Shown: positions 49,771-59,376 of the stretch, piece by piece | How the letters are laid out: each line of letters opens with the position of its first letter | Position numbering within the stretch: the stretch's first letter is position 1 | Assembly: GCA_024278275.1 (NCBI GenBank) | Contig: JAJRTN010000002.1 | Span: forward strand, 19,993-83,992 | Direction: 5' to 3' | Origin: Candidatus Hydrogenedentota bacterium | Lineage (GTDB): Bacteria; Hydrogenedentota; Hydrogenedentia; Hydrogenedentales; JAJRTN01 | DNA length: 64,000 nucleotides | Notes under the pieces: model-generated | What the model was told of the DNA's origin: nothing | The model's database searches: none | The model's input: the letters and a program-made list of their open reading frames with translations, nothing else | Made by a program: the position numbers and the translations under genes

Positions 49771-51426
49771 TTATTCGTCTTCCTTTTTCGGCCCGCCATC
49801 CATGTAGGGATAGCGGTAGTTCGTGGGTGGCAGGAAGTTTTCCTTCACGGTACGGGGCGATACCCAGCGTTCCAGGTTGAGCCAGGACCCGGCCTTGTCG
49901 TTGGTGCCCGAAGCGCGGCTGCCGCCGAAAGGCTGCTGGCCCACCACGGCGCCCGTGGGCTTGTCGTTGATGTAGAAGTTCCCCGCCGCGTGCCGAAGTC
50001 GCCGGGTGGCCTTTACCACCGCGTCACGGTCCTGGGCGATAATCGCCCCGGTGAGCGCATAGGGACTGGTCGTGTCGCAGAGGTCAAGGGCGCCGTCGAA
50101 ATCATCCGCTTCGTAGACGTGGATCGTGAGGACGGGACCGAAGATTTCCTCGGACATGAGTTTTGACTTGGGGTCTTTCGACACCACGATGGTTGGTTCG
50201 ATGAAATAGCCTTCGGAATCGTCGCAGCCCCCGCCCGCGATGATCTCCAGGTTGGGATTGTTCTTCGCGTAGTCGATGTAGCCCGAGATGGTGCGGAAAG
50301 CCGCCTGGTCGATAACGGCGCACATGAAGTTGGAGAAATCGCAGACGTCGCCCATCTTGATGGTGGCGGTTTCATCCAGCAGGCGGTCGCGCACGGCGGG
50401 CCATATGGTGTCGGGGATGTAGGCGCGGCTGGCCGCGGAACACTTCTGCCCCTGGTATTCGAAAGCTCCCCGTACCAGCGCCGTTACCAGCGCCTCCACA
50501 TCCGCCGATTCATGGGCCACCACGAAATCCTTGCCGCCCGTCTCTCCAACGATGCGCGGGTAGGACTGGTATTTTCGGATGTCCGATCCCACGGCGAGCC
50601 AAATCGTCGAGAAAACCTGTGTGCTGCCGGTGAAGTGAATGCCGCCCAGGTCCAGGTGGTTGAGCACGGGGGGGGCAATGACCGGGCCGGGGCCGGGCAC
50701 CATGTTGATCACGCCGTCGGGCATGCCCGCTTCCTTCAGGATCTTCATGATGTAATAAGCGGGCAGTACGGCGCTTGAAGCCGGCTTCCACACCACCGCG
50801 TTGCCCATCAGCGCCGGGGCCGTGGGCAGATTCCCCGCGATGGAGGTGAAGTTGAACGGTGTGATGGCGAAGACGAAGCCTTCGAGAGGCCGGTGTTCCA
50901 TGTAATTCAGCACCTGTGCCGACGACCGGGGCTGGTCATGGTAAACCTTGGTCATGAAGTGTGGGTTGAAGCGCCAGAAATCGATCAACTCGCACGCCGA
51001 ATCGACTTCGGCCTGGTGCGGGGTCTTGCTCATGCTGAGCATGGTCGCCGCGTTGAGCACCTGTCGGTACTTGCCCGCCAACAGCTCCGCCGCTTTCAGC
51101 AACACCGTCGCCCGGTTGTCCCAGGGCATCTCCGACCAGGCGCCCTTGGCCTCGTTGGCCGCGGCGATGGCCTGGTGGGCATGTTCTTCGGTGGCCTTAT
51201 GATAGGTTCCGAGGCTTTGGTCGCGTCGGTGTGGACAGCGCATTTCGACGAGGTCGCCTGATCGTGCCTCCTCTCCGTTGATGAGGATGGGCACCTCGAC
51301 CGGATTGGCCAGCATATCCTTCAGCACCGCTTGAAGTTCAGCGCGCTCCCGGGTGCCGGGCGCATAGGAGAGAACAGGCTCGTTGACAGGTTCTGGAATG
51401 TTGAAGAAACCGTTGAACATGGGCAT
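49771..51426 (-). CDS. pruA: L-glutamate gamma-semialdehyde (P5C) dehydrogenase
   Basis: PVNEPVLSYAPG, PFNFTSI, GETGGKDF, FEYQGQKCSA, QQPFGGSRASGTNDKAG. Confidence 0.95.
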   Translation of the reverse strand: MPMFNGFFNIPEPVNEPVLSYAPGTRERAELQAVLKDMLANPVEVPILINGEEARSGDLVEMRCPHRRDQSLGTYHKATEEHAHQAIAAANEAKGAWSEMPWDNRATVLLKAAELLAGKYRQVLNAATMLSMSKTPHQAEVDSACELIDFWRFNPHFMTKVYHDQPRSSAQVLNYMEHRPLEGFVFAITPFNFTSIAGNLPTAPALMGNAVVWKPASSAVLPAYYIMKILKEAGMPDGVINMVPGPGPVIAPPVLNHLDLGGIHFTGSTQVFSTIWLAVGSDIRKYQSYPRIVGETGGKDFVVAHESADVEALVTALVRGAFEYQGQKCSAASRAYIPDTIWPAVRDRLLDETATIKMGDVCDFSNFMCAVIDQAAFRTISGYIDYAKNNPNLEIIAGGGCDDSEGYFIEPTIVVSKDPKSKLMSEEIFGPVLTIHVYEADDFDGALDLCDTTSPYALTGAIIAQDRDAVVKATRRLRHAAGNFYINDKPTGAVVGQQPFGGSRASGTNDKAGSWLNLERWVSPRTVKENFLPPTNYRYPYMDGGPKKEDE

Positions 51427-51535
51427 TTTCCCCGTGGCGCGGACGTGCGCGGGATGCGCGTGGGCACATGACGGGCCGTCCGGACCGGTTGCTGGTGAAA
51501 CAATACGACGTACACTCCTTCCCGAGAATCGCCTG

Positions 51536-51564
51536 ATTATGCGGAAGGCGGGGGGATCTGTCAA
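51536..51564 (-). promoter_or_regulatory. Sigma70 promoter of pruA
   Basis: TTGACA, 17 bp, CATAAT. Confidence 0.65.
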
Positions 51565-51775
51565 GCCCGTGGAAGGAAATGGGGCCGTGGTGAGTTCCAG
51601 GACGTGTCCCGCGAATCAGTCCATGTGCAATAACGGGCTTTGCCTTTCACCAAACGGGTTTGGGCGAAAAGCGGGAGCCGGAATGGTTCGCGGTTGAACA
51701 ACCGTGGTGTCAAGTGGCGTTCAGCGTTCCCAAACGCTTCCGCCGGCTCACCCGTTTCGTGCAATACACATCCTC

Positions 51776-52168
51776 TCAGAATTCCTCGTGGTAACTCATC
51801 TCCTGCTCCCAGACCCCATCACGATGGGTATAGATGTAGGAAATGCCACCCAGTTCCCGCACGGGCGCGTGGGGGTAGGGGTGAATGGTAAGCGTGATTT
51901 TCCCGGTCTTTTCGCCGAAAAACAGGTGCTTGAAAGCCATGGTCGTGTCGATTTCCACCCAAGCCTCCGGGCCAAGGTCGGAAACCGGCTCCGGGTCGGA
52001 TTCGTTGTAACCGGCCACGATTGCCTCCCCCATGACCCGAAGCTGCCTTTCATAATGCCACACAACCGCGTGGAACAACGCGCCCGCGACGGAAAGAACA
52101 GCCAAAATCGACACCAACACCATCAATCGCCATCGGCGGAATCCCGTCCGCGACCGCGTACCGGCCAT
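51776..52168 (-). CDS. Hypothetical single-TM protein
   Basis: GGAGG RBS; N-terminal basic stretch and TM helix. Confidence 0.6.
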   Translation of the reverse strand: MAGTRSRTGFRRWRLMVLVSILAVLSVAGALFHAVVWHYERQLRVMGEAIVAGYNESDPEPVSDLGPEAWVEIDTTMAFKHLFFGEKTGKITLTIHPYPHAPVRELGGISYIYTHRDGVWEQEMSYHEEF

Positions 52169-52266
52169 GTCCGCACCTCCCTTCCCCCCGAGTCCGTATC
52201 CGCACGCCCTGGTCAGTATGCCCCGGATCCGTCTGAAACACAAGGGCGGATTGAGCCCCACCCCGG

Positions 52267-53376
52267 TTACTTCCCGGTGGGCATGAGTTTTCGGAGGGGT
52301 TCGGGTTCCGTGGCCTGGACGCCGATATTGACGAGTACCCCCATCATCCCTAGGGACATGATCAACGCGGTGCCCCCGAAACTGATAAAGGGCAAAGGCA
52401 GTCCTTTCGTCGGCAGGAGACCGACGTTTACCGCCATGATGAAAGCGGCCTGCAGTATCACCAGGGTGCCCAGACCGGTGGCGAGAAGGGTGCCGAAAAG
52501 ATCGCTTGCGTTCATGGCAATGCGGATGGCGGCATAGAAGAGAGCCGCGTAGAGCAGCACGACCGTGATGGTGCCCACCAGGCCGAGTTCCTCTCCCAGG
52601 ATGGCAAAAACAAAGTCCGTGTGCGCGGCGGGCAGGTAGCCGAGTTTTTGTTCACCGGCCCCCGCGCCGCGCCCCCAGGTACCGCCCTGGGCAAAGGCCG
52701 AGAGCGCCTGGATGAGTTGGTAGCCGCTGGCTCCCGGATCCACCCACGGGTCGAGGAAGCTGACGAAACGCCGCACGCGGTGGGGATAAACCATGATCAG
52801 CAGGCCCGCCCCCGCCCCCACGGCGATCATGCTGCCCAGAAGATAACGCCATCGGATCCCGCCCACGCACATCATCACCATGGCAACACCCATCATCATC
52901 GCGGGAATACCCAGGTCGCGTTCCAGCACGACCATGCCCGTGAAAAACAAAGCGATGAGAAAAGGCGGCAGAAAACCGCCGAAAAGGGTGTGTGCCACGT
53001 CCCGGTTTTGGGTCAGTTTCGCCGCGAGAAGCACCACCAGGGCAAAGCGCGCCAGTTCCGCGGGCTGGAACCGGGCGGCGCCGAGGAGGATCCAGCGCCG
53101 CGCGCCGTCCACCTCTCTGCCAACGCCGGGGATAAGCACCAGCACCAGCAGCACGATGGAAATGATCACCAGTGATCGGTAGATGGCGCCGTCACGAAAG
53201 CGATGGTAATCGAATCGCGTGGCGATGAACATGATTACCAGGCCCAGCGCCGCGTGAAAGTACTGCGTTTTCCAGGAAATGGTGTTGTCCACGGCGCCCG
53301 TGCTGTAGACCATGAGGAGACCTATCGCCGTAAGCGTGAGCACGCTGACAATGAGCAAGGTGGTTTCCCGTCTCAT
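52267..53376 (-). CDS. ftsW: Peptidoglycan glycosyltransferase FtsW
   Basis: GARRWI, FQPAE, GYQLIQ, LPAAHTDF, PTKGLPLPFISFGG. Confidence 0.95.
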   Translation of the reverse strand: MRRETTLLIVSVLTLTAIGLLMVYSTGAVDNTISWKTQYFHAALGLVIMFIATRFDYHRFRDGAIYRSLVIISIVLLVLVLIPGVGREVDGARRWILLGAARFQPAELARFALVVLLAAKLTQNRDVAHTLFGGFLPPFLIALFFTGMVVLERDLGIPAMMMGVAMVMMCVGGIRWRYLLGSMIAVGAGAGLLIMVYPHRVRRFVSFLDPWVDPGASGYQLIQALSAFAQGGTWGRGAGAGEQKLGYLPAAHTDFVFAILGEELGLVGTITVVLLYAALFYAAIRIAMNASDLFGTLLATGLGTLVILQAAFIMAVNVGLLPTKGLPLPFISFGGTALIMSLGMMGVLVNIGVQATEPEPLRKLMPTGK

Positions 53377-54725
53377 GTCATGGCCTCCCCGGCCAGGCGC
53401 CGGACGCAGGCCTTGAAATCCCGGCCCCGTTCCTCGAAGTTCGCGTACCGGTCAAAACTGGCGCAGCCCGGCGAAAGCAGGACGACATCGCCCGGTGCGG
53501 CGTTTTCCCGGGCCAACGTGACGGCCTCCGCCATGCCGGCGGCGCGCGAGGTCTTCACCAGGTCGCCAAAGGCCGCCTCCAGTAAGGGGGCATCCTCGCC
53601 CAGGGTGATCAGGGCCTTGACCGTACGGGCCACCAGGTCCCGCAGCACGCCATAATCACTCCCCTTGCCGCGTCCGCCCGCCAGGAGGATGATGGGCCGT
53701 TCAAAGCTCTCCAGGGCCACGCGCAGGCTGTCGATGTTGGTGGACTTGGAATCGTTGTACCACGAGACGCCGTCCGCGTCGAGGACGGGTTCGATGCGGT
53801 GCTCCACGCCGCGGAAGGTCCGCAACGCGGAGACGACACGATCCCAATCCAGGCCGGCGGCTCGCGCCATGGTCAACGCCGCGGCCACGTTCGCGCGATT
53901 GTGCCGCCCCGGCAGGGGATTGTCTGTCGATGACGTCACGCGCCGGCCCTGAACGTGGAAGCCATCGTCCGCGACGTAAACGCCTTCTCCGACCGGGTGG
54001 TTAACGCTGAAAGCGGCGCGGAAAACGCCGGGCGGTACGTCCATCGCCCGTGTTCGGACATCGTCCGCATTGACCACGGCCACGTCACCGGGCGCCATGC
54101 GTGAAAAGATGCGGGCCTTGACGGCGCCGTAGGTTTCCATATCGCCGTGCCGTCCCAGGTGATCCGGCGTAAGGTTGAGCACGGTCGCGATGTGGGGATG
54201 AAAGGTGTCGCACGTTTCCAATTGGTAGCTGCTGACCTCGGTGACCACGTAGGACGGCGCGGGGTTCAACAGCGCCACCTCGGAGAGGGGCGTGTCGTTG
54301 TTGCCCGCCAGGGCCACCGAACGGCCGCAGCCTTCGATAAGGTGGCGCAGCAATTCCGTCACCGTCGTCTTTCCGTTGGTGCCCGTCACGGCCAACAGCG
54401 TTCCCGCGAGAAAGCGCGAAGCATATTCCAACTCGCCCATTACGGGTATCCCCCGCGACCGGGCGGCCACGAGGGGAGGAATGGAAGGCGGCACGCCGGG
54501 GCTGACGATGACCAGCGCGGTGTCCGCAAAAGCGTGGGGGCCATGACCGCCGGTCTCGTGGGGTACGCCCAGCGCGTCAAGGGCCGCCACGTGGGGCGCC
54601 AGCGCCGGCCCCTCGGACGCGTCGGTAACGAACGGATCAGCCCCGTGATGAAGGAGCAGCTTCACCGCGCCCAGCGCGGACCGGCCCATGCCGACCACCG
54701 TAACCTTCTGGTCCCGCATGTTCAC
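53373..54725 (-). CDS. murD: UDP-MurNAc-L-Ala:D-Glu ligase
   Basis: SPGVP, TGTNGKTT, EVSSYQL, NDSKSTN, LLSPGCASFD. Confidence 0.96.
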   Translation of the reverse strand: MNMRDQKVTVVGMGRSALGAVKLLLHHGADPFVTDASEGPALAPHVAALDALGVPHETGGHGPHAFADTALVIVSPGVPPSIPPLVAARSRGIPVMGELEYASRFLAGTLLAVTGTNGKTTVTELLRHLIEGCGRSVALAGNNDTPLSEVALLNPAPSYVVTEVSSYQLETCDTFHPHIATVLNLTPDHLGRHGDMETYGAVKARIFSRMAPGDVAVVNADDVRTRAMDVPPGVFRAAFSVNHPVGEGVYVADDGFHVQGRRVTSSTDNPLPGRHNRANVAAALTMARAAGLDWDRVVSALRTFRGVEHRIEPVLDADGVSWYNDSKSTNIDSLRVALESFERPIILLAGGRGKGSDYGVLRDLVARTVKALITLGEDAPLLEAAFGDLVKTSRAAGMAEAVTLARENAAPGDVVLLSPGCASFDRYANFEERGRDFKACVRRLAGEAMT

Positions 54726-54738
54726 GTAATGTTTTTCC

Positions 54739-54765
54739 TCGTTCCCACGGTCCTCCGTGGGAATG
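54739..54765. repeat. REP-like hairpin
   Basis: TCGTTCCCACGG-TCCT-CCGTGGGAATG. Confidence 0.6.
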
Positions 54766-54873
54766 TATGTCGCGGGCGTCCCGTGGGCCGCGTACCCGGC
54801 CCGGAACGGGCACCCACATCGTCACGTGCCCGGAAACGCCGCGCGCCGACGGTATTCCGCTCAACATCGTCGA

Positions 54874-54964
54874 AACCGTCATCCCCGCGCAAGCGGGGAA
54901 CCATGGGTTGGCGTAAAGGCCTTGCCCTTTTTCATAGATTCCCGCTTTTGCGGGAATAACGGTT
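54874..54964. repeat. Palindromic dRS3/RPE-like repeat, second full copy
   Basis: AACCGTCATCCCCGCGCAAGCGGGGAACCA..AGATTCCCGCTTTTGCGGGAATAACGGTT. Confidence 0.75.
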
Positions 54965-55037
54965 GGGGGCGTGTGGGGCTCATCAACTCATTTTCGTGTC
55001 CTATTGAACAAGACTCAACCGCTGGGGGACTAAGCCA

Positions 55038-56522
55038 TTATCGCAGCTTCAACGTGGCGAGGCTGAGCAGGGCGAAGAGCAGGGCAATGATCCAGAAGCG
55101 CATGGTGACCTTGGTTTCCGGCCAGCCCTTGAGTTCAAAATGGTGGTGCAGGGGGGCCATGCGGAAGACGCGCTTTCCCGTCAGCTTGAAGGACCCCACC
55201 TGGATGACCACGCTCAGGGCCTCGATAACGAAAAGCCCTGCCACGATGGGCAACAGCAGTTCCTGTTTCGTGAGAACGGCCATGGTGCCGATGGCGCCGC
55301 CCAGGGCCAACGATCCCGTGTCGCCCATGAAAACCTCCGCGGGGTGCGCGTTGAACCACAGGAAACCGAGTCCCGCGCCCAGCAGGGTCGCGCCGAACAC
55401 GAACAGTTCGCTCGCCTCGGGCACGTAGGTCAGGTAGAGATAGCGCGACCAGTCGGCCCGGCTCACCACGTAGGCGATGGCGGTGTAGGCCAGGATGGAG
55501 ATGATGGACGTGCCCACCGCGAGACCGTCCAAACCGTCCGTCAGGTTCACGGCATTGGAAATACTCACGATCAGAATGATGACGAAAAGGATATACAACG
55601 GCCCCAGCGGGATGAGCACGTCCTTCAGGCCGGGCACGCCGACCTTGGTGTGCAGGTTGCGAACGCTGCGCGCCAGGGCCTGTGGCAATACCGCCTCCAG
55701 CAGGAGACGGTTGACGCGCACCACCTTGCTTTCCGGTATTCCGTCCGTGCCGTGCGCCATCAGCGTCTGCGCCTCCCCGTTCAACCCATGGAGCGGCCAC
55801 ACCCCCGGCGCGTACACGTCGCGCGACGTCAGGGTCTCGTTCAGCGCCGTCAGCAGCGCGGTTCGATCATCTCCATCGATGAATAATTCTTTCGCCGCAC
55901 GAGAAAAGGTCTCGCGGCCTTCCGGGGACAAGGCGTTCCAGACACGGCCCAGTGGCTTGACATCTCCCGCGTTGGACGCCCCGGCAACCGCCTTCGCCAG
56001 TTTCGGGAAATCCAGCACGTCCTGGGTGCGCACGTAGGAGGCGTTCACGGTGATGGGGTAGAGGAAGAGATACCCCCCCAGCAGGAGCCCGGTCATGATC
56101 TGCCCCGCGAACTTGGCCCGCGCGCTCAGGCCGTCGTTATGTTTCCGGCGCAACTTGATGTAGTCGTCCAGGAAACCCACGGCGCCCAGCATGAGCAGGA
56201 CGGCCAAAGCCACCCACAGGAGGCGGTTCGTCAAGGTGCTCCACAACAACAGGCTCAGGAGCGTGGAAAGGAGCATGATGGCGCCGCCCATGGTCGGCGT
56301 TCCCGCCTTGCCCTTGTGCAGCGCGTGGAGATCGGCCACGTGGTCCTTCTTGATGTACTGTCCCGCCTTCAACATGCGAAGGAGAGCGATCAGTCTGGGT
56401 CCTGCGAGCAGACAAAAGAGAAAAGCCGTCAGGGCCGCCCCCCCCGCGCGCACGGTGTTGTAACGAAACACATCCAGCGCGCTGATGTGCGGCATGAGGG
56501 CCTGGGTCAGGTAATAGATCAT
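55038..56522 (-). CDS. mraY: Phospho-N-acetylmuramoyl-pentapeptide transferase with a ~130 aa insertion
   Basis: [44 protein letters not shown]. Confidence 0.96.
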   Translation of the reverse strand: MIYYLTQALMPHISALDVFRYNTVRAGGAALTAFLFCLLAGPRLIALLRMLKAGQYIKKDHVADLHALHKGKAGTPTMGGAIMLLSTLLSLLLWSTLTNRLLWVALAVLLMLGAVGFLDDYIKLRRKHNDGLSARAKFAGQIMTGLLLGGYLFLYPITVNASYVRTQDVLDFPKLAKAVAGASNAGDVKPLGRVWNALSPEGRETFSRAAKELFIDGDDRTALLTALNETLTSRDVYAPGVWPLHGLNGEAQTLMAHGTDGIPESKVVRVNRLLLEAVLPQALARSVRNLHTKVGVPGLKDVLIPLGPLYILFVIILIVSISNAVNLTDGLDGLAVGTSIISILAYTAIAYVVSRADWSRYLYLTYVPEASELFVFGATLLGAGLGFLWFNAHPAEVFMGDTGSLALGGAIGTMAVLTKQELLLPIVAGLFVIEALSVVIQVGSFKLTGKRVFRMAPLHHHFELKGWPETKVTMRFWIIALLFALLSLATLKLR

Positions 56523-57904
56523 CCATCGTCCTCGGGGGGGGTGGCGTGGGAATCGAACAAGCGCCTCAGTTCCTCGATCACCCGTTCCATCCGCATGCCT
56601 CGGGAACCTTTGACCAGTAGCAGGCCGCCTCCCGGGGCGGCGGACTGAATGGCGCGCGCCATGGCGGGGTGGTCGTCGATGGCCTCCGCGTGAACAACGC
56701 CGGCGTGCCGCGCGGCGGTGATCATATCACGGGCGTGAGGTCCCCGGGCAAACAGGTGGGTCACACCAAGGGCCGCGGCTTCCTCGCCCACTTCGCCGTG
56801 CAGCCCCGTGGCGGCGTCGCCCAGTTCGAGCATTTCGCCGAGCGCCGCGATCCGGACACCGGTGGTGGGACGTTCTCCCAGCGCTTCCAGCGCCGCCTTC
56901 ATGCTCGCGGGGTTGGCGTTATAGGTGTCGTCCATGACTTCAAAAGGGCCAATCCGCTCCACGCGAAACCGGGTGGATGCCCGGCAGGCGGCGCGGAGGG
57001 GCTCCTCGAAATCCGTGACCCCGTGACGCAGTCCGATGGCCACCGCCAGCAGGATGTTGGTGGCCTGGGCGCGGATGGGCAGGGGCAGCCGCAGGGGACC
57101 GACGGGGTCGATCTCCAGGCGCAACTCGCCTCCACGGTCAAAGGCACAAGAGCGAAGGCTCACATCGCCTTCTTTTCCAAAGCGCACTTTTTCACCCGCG
57201 AAACCTTCGGCGATGGCCACGCACCAGGGGTTGTCCGTGTTTACATAGAAACAGCCGTCCTCCGCGAGTCCCTCGACGATCTCGGCCTTGGCTTCAGCCA
57301 CTTTCTCGACACTCCCGAAGCCCTCCAGGTGGGCCGGGGCCACCAGGGTGATGGCGGCTTCCGTCGGCCGGGCCAGTTCGCACAGCCGGGCGATCTCCCC
57401 CGCGTGGTTCGCGCCCATCTCGATGATGGCCCGGTGAGTGTCCTCGTCAATGCGCAGCAGGGAGAGGGGACAGCCGATTTCGTTGTTCAGGTTACCCCGC
57501 GTTTTCGTCACCGGCCCCCGGGTTTCGAGCAGGGCCGCGGTGAAGTCCTTCGCGGAGGTCTTGCCACAGGAACCGGTGATGGCGATGACCGGGATGTCGT
57601 GCATCATGCGGTGGTGCGCGGCGAAGGCCTGTAACGCGGCGAGGGCATCAGGCACGATGAGGCACGAGGTTCGTTCCGTTTCCGGTGGGTTGGAAGCCAC
57701 CGCCGCCACCGCCCCCCCGTCCAGGGCTTTTTCGACGAACTGGTTACCGTCGAAACGCTCCCCTTTCAGGGCGAAAAACACGTCTCCCGGACGGAGGGTG
57801 CGTGTGTCGGTCGAAACCCCGGTGAAGACCTTCGCGCCCGTGGCGGGGATGGCCCCGGTGACCGCGGCCAGTTCTTCCAGTCCGTACTCCCAGCCCAAGA
57901 TCAA
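56519..57904 (-). CDS. murF: UDP-MurNAc-tripeptide:D-Ala-D-Ala ligase
   Basis: [38 protein letters not shown]. Confidence 0.96.
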   Translation of the reverse strand: MILGWEYGLEELAAVTGAIPATGAKVFTGVSTDTRTLRPGDVFFALKGERFDGNQFVEKALDGGAVAAVASNPPETERTSCLIVPDALAALQAFAAHHRMMHDIPVIAITGSCGKTSAKDFTAALLETRGPVTKTRGNLNNEIGCPLSLLRIDEDTHRAIIEMGANHAGEIARLCELARPTEAAITLVAPAHLEGFGSVEKVAEAKAEIVEGLAEDGCFYVNTDNPWCVAIAEGFAGEKVRFGKEGDVSLRSCAFDRGGELRLEIDPVGPLRLPLPIRAQATNILLAVAIGLRHGVTDFEEPLRAACRASTRFRVERIGPFEVMDDTYNANPASMKAALEALGERPTTGVRIAALGEMLELGDAATGLHGEVGEEAAALGVTHLFARGPHARDMITAARHAGVVHAEAIDDHPAMARAIQSAAPGGGLLLVKGSRGMRMERVIEELRRLFDSHATPPEDDG

Positions 57905-59376
57905 TTCCCCCCGAGAATCTGGCGGGCCAGTTCACGGTCGTCAAAGTGGATCTTCTCCGTGCCGATGATCTGATAGTCTTCGTGGCCCTTTCCCGCGATA
58001 AGCACGAGGTCCCCGGGCTTGGCCAGCCCCAGGGCCGCGCGAATGGCTTCCTCCCGCGACTCGATGACCCAATAGTCGTCGCCTTTGCGGTGGCGCAGCC
58101 GCTGCATCCCCATTTCGATGTCGAGGAGAATGCGATGGGGGTCTTCCGTGCGGGGGTTGTCCGAGGTGACCACGGAGAAATCAGCTAATTCCGCCGCCAG
58201 CACGCCCATCTTCGGGCGCTTTCCTTTATCCCGGTCGCCGCCGCAACCGAACACGCAGATGACCCGACCGCCGCAGATACTTCTTGCCGCGCGCAGTACG
58301 TTCGCCAGGCCGTCGGGCGTGTGGGCATAATCCACCACGACATGGAAATCCTGTCCGGCGTCGATGGACTCGAAACGGCCCGGCACCGAGGACAACGTGC
58401 CCAACCCTTCCGCAATCACCGGCACGGCCACCCCCAGGCCGCCGCAAATGGCCGCGGCACAAAGCGCATTGTATACATTGTGCGTACCCAGCAGCTTCAG
58501 GGCCACCGGGGCCGTGCCCCAGGGCGTTTCCAGGGTGAAGGCCGTACCGCCCACCCGGGTCGTTTCACCGGTCGCGCGGCACATGCCGGTCCGGCCATAA
58601 GTGATCACCTTGGCCGGGGTAGCGGCCACGAAGTCCTGGCCCGCCGCGTCATCCACGTTGATCACGGCCAGGCCCGCCGCGGGATCCAGCCCCGAGAAAA
58701 GACGTTGCTTGGCGCGTGCGTAGGCCTCCATATTGCCGTGATAGTCCAGGTGATCCCGGGTCAGGTTGGTGAAGGCTGCCACGTCGAAATCAATGCCCGC
58801 CACGCGCCCCTGGTCGAGGGCGTGGGAGCTGACCTCCATCACCACATGGGTACGCCCCGCGTTCCGCGCGCGACGAAACATGTCGGCCAGTTCCTCGCCG
58901 AAGGGGGTGGTATGCTTTGCTTCGTGGTTTTTTTTCCCGATGCGGTATCCCAGCGTGCCGAATTGCGCCGTGCGGTGGCCCGCGGCCTCCAATACAGCGG
59001 CCACCAGCGCGATAGTGCTGGACTTGCCGTTGGTTCCCGTCACGCCGATGACCGTCATGTCCCGCGAGGGATCCCCGGCCAGGACGTGGGCCGCCAGGGC
59101 TGCGGCACGGTGGGGATCGGCCACCCGAAGGTAGGGCAGGCCCGCCAGTTCGGACAGGTTCTCCCGCGTGCCCGCGATGGCCACGCATCCCGCCGCCGCC
59201 ACCGCTTCGGCATAGTCATGACCGTCCACGTGAGCGCCCTTCGAGGCGATAAACAGCCCGCCGGGGCGCGCGCACCGGCTGTCTTCGGTGACGGCGCAAA
59301 GCTCCAGCTCCGGAAGACCAGCTCCGTCCACCACGCCGGCTTCAGCCAGCCGTTTCCACAGCGTTTTCAGTTGCAT
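57901..59376 (-). CDS. murE: UDP-MurNAc-dipeptide:meso-DAP ligase
   Basis: TGTNGKSS, MEVSSH, DYAHTPD, DNPR (DAP specificity), GKGHEDYQ. Confidence 0.96.
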   Translation of the reverse strand: MQLKTLWKRLAEAGVVDGAGLPELELCAVTEDSRCARPGGLFIASKGAHVDGHDYAEAVAAAGCVAIAGTRENLSELAGLPYLRVADPHRAAALAAHVLAGDPSRDMTVIGVTGTNGKSSTIALVAAVLEAAGHRTAQFGTLGYRIGKKNHEAKHTTPFGEELADMFRRARNAGRTHVVMEVSSHALDQGRVAGIDFDVAAFTNLTRDHLDYHGNMEAYARAKQRLFSGLDPAAGLAVINVDDAAGQDFVAATPAKVITYGRTGMCRATGETTRVGGTAFTLETPWGTAPVALKLLGTHNVYNALCAAAICGGLGVAVPVIAEGLGTLSSVPGRFESIDAGQDFHVVVDYAHTPDGLANVLRAARSICGGRVICVFGCGGDRDKGKRPKMGVLAAELADFSVVTSDNPRTEDPHRILLDIEMGMQRLRHRKGDDYWVIESREEAIRAALGLAKPGDLVLIAGKGHEDYQIIGTEKIHFDDRELARQILGGN

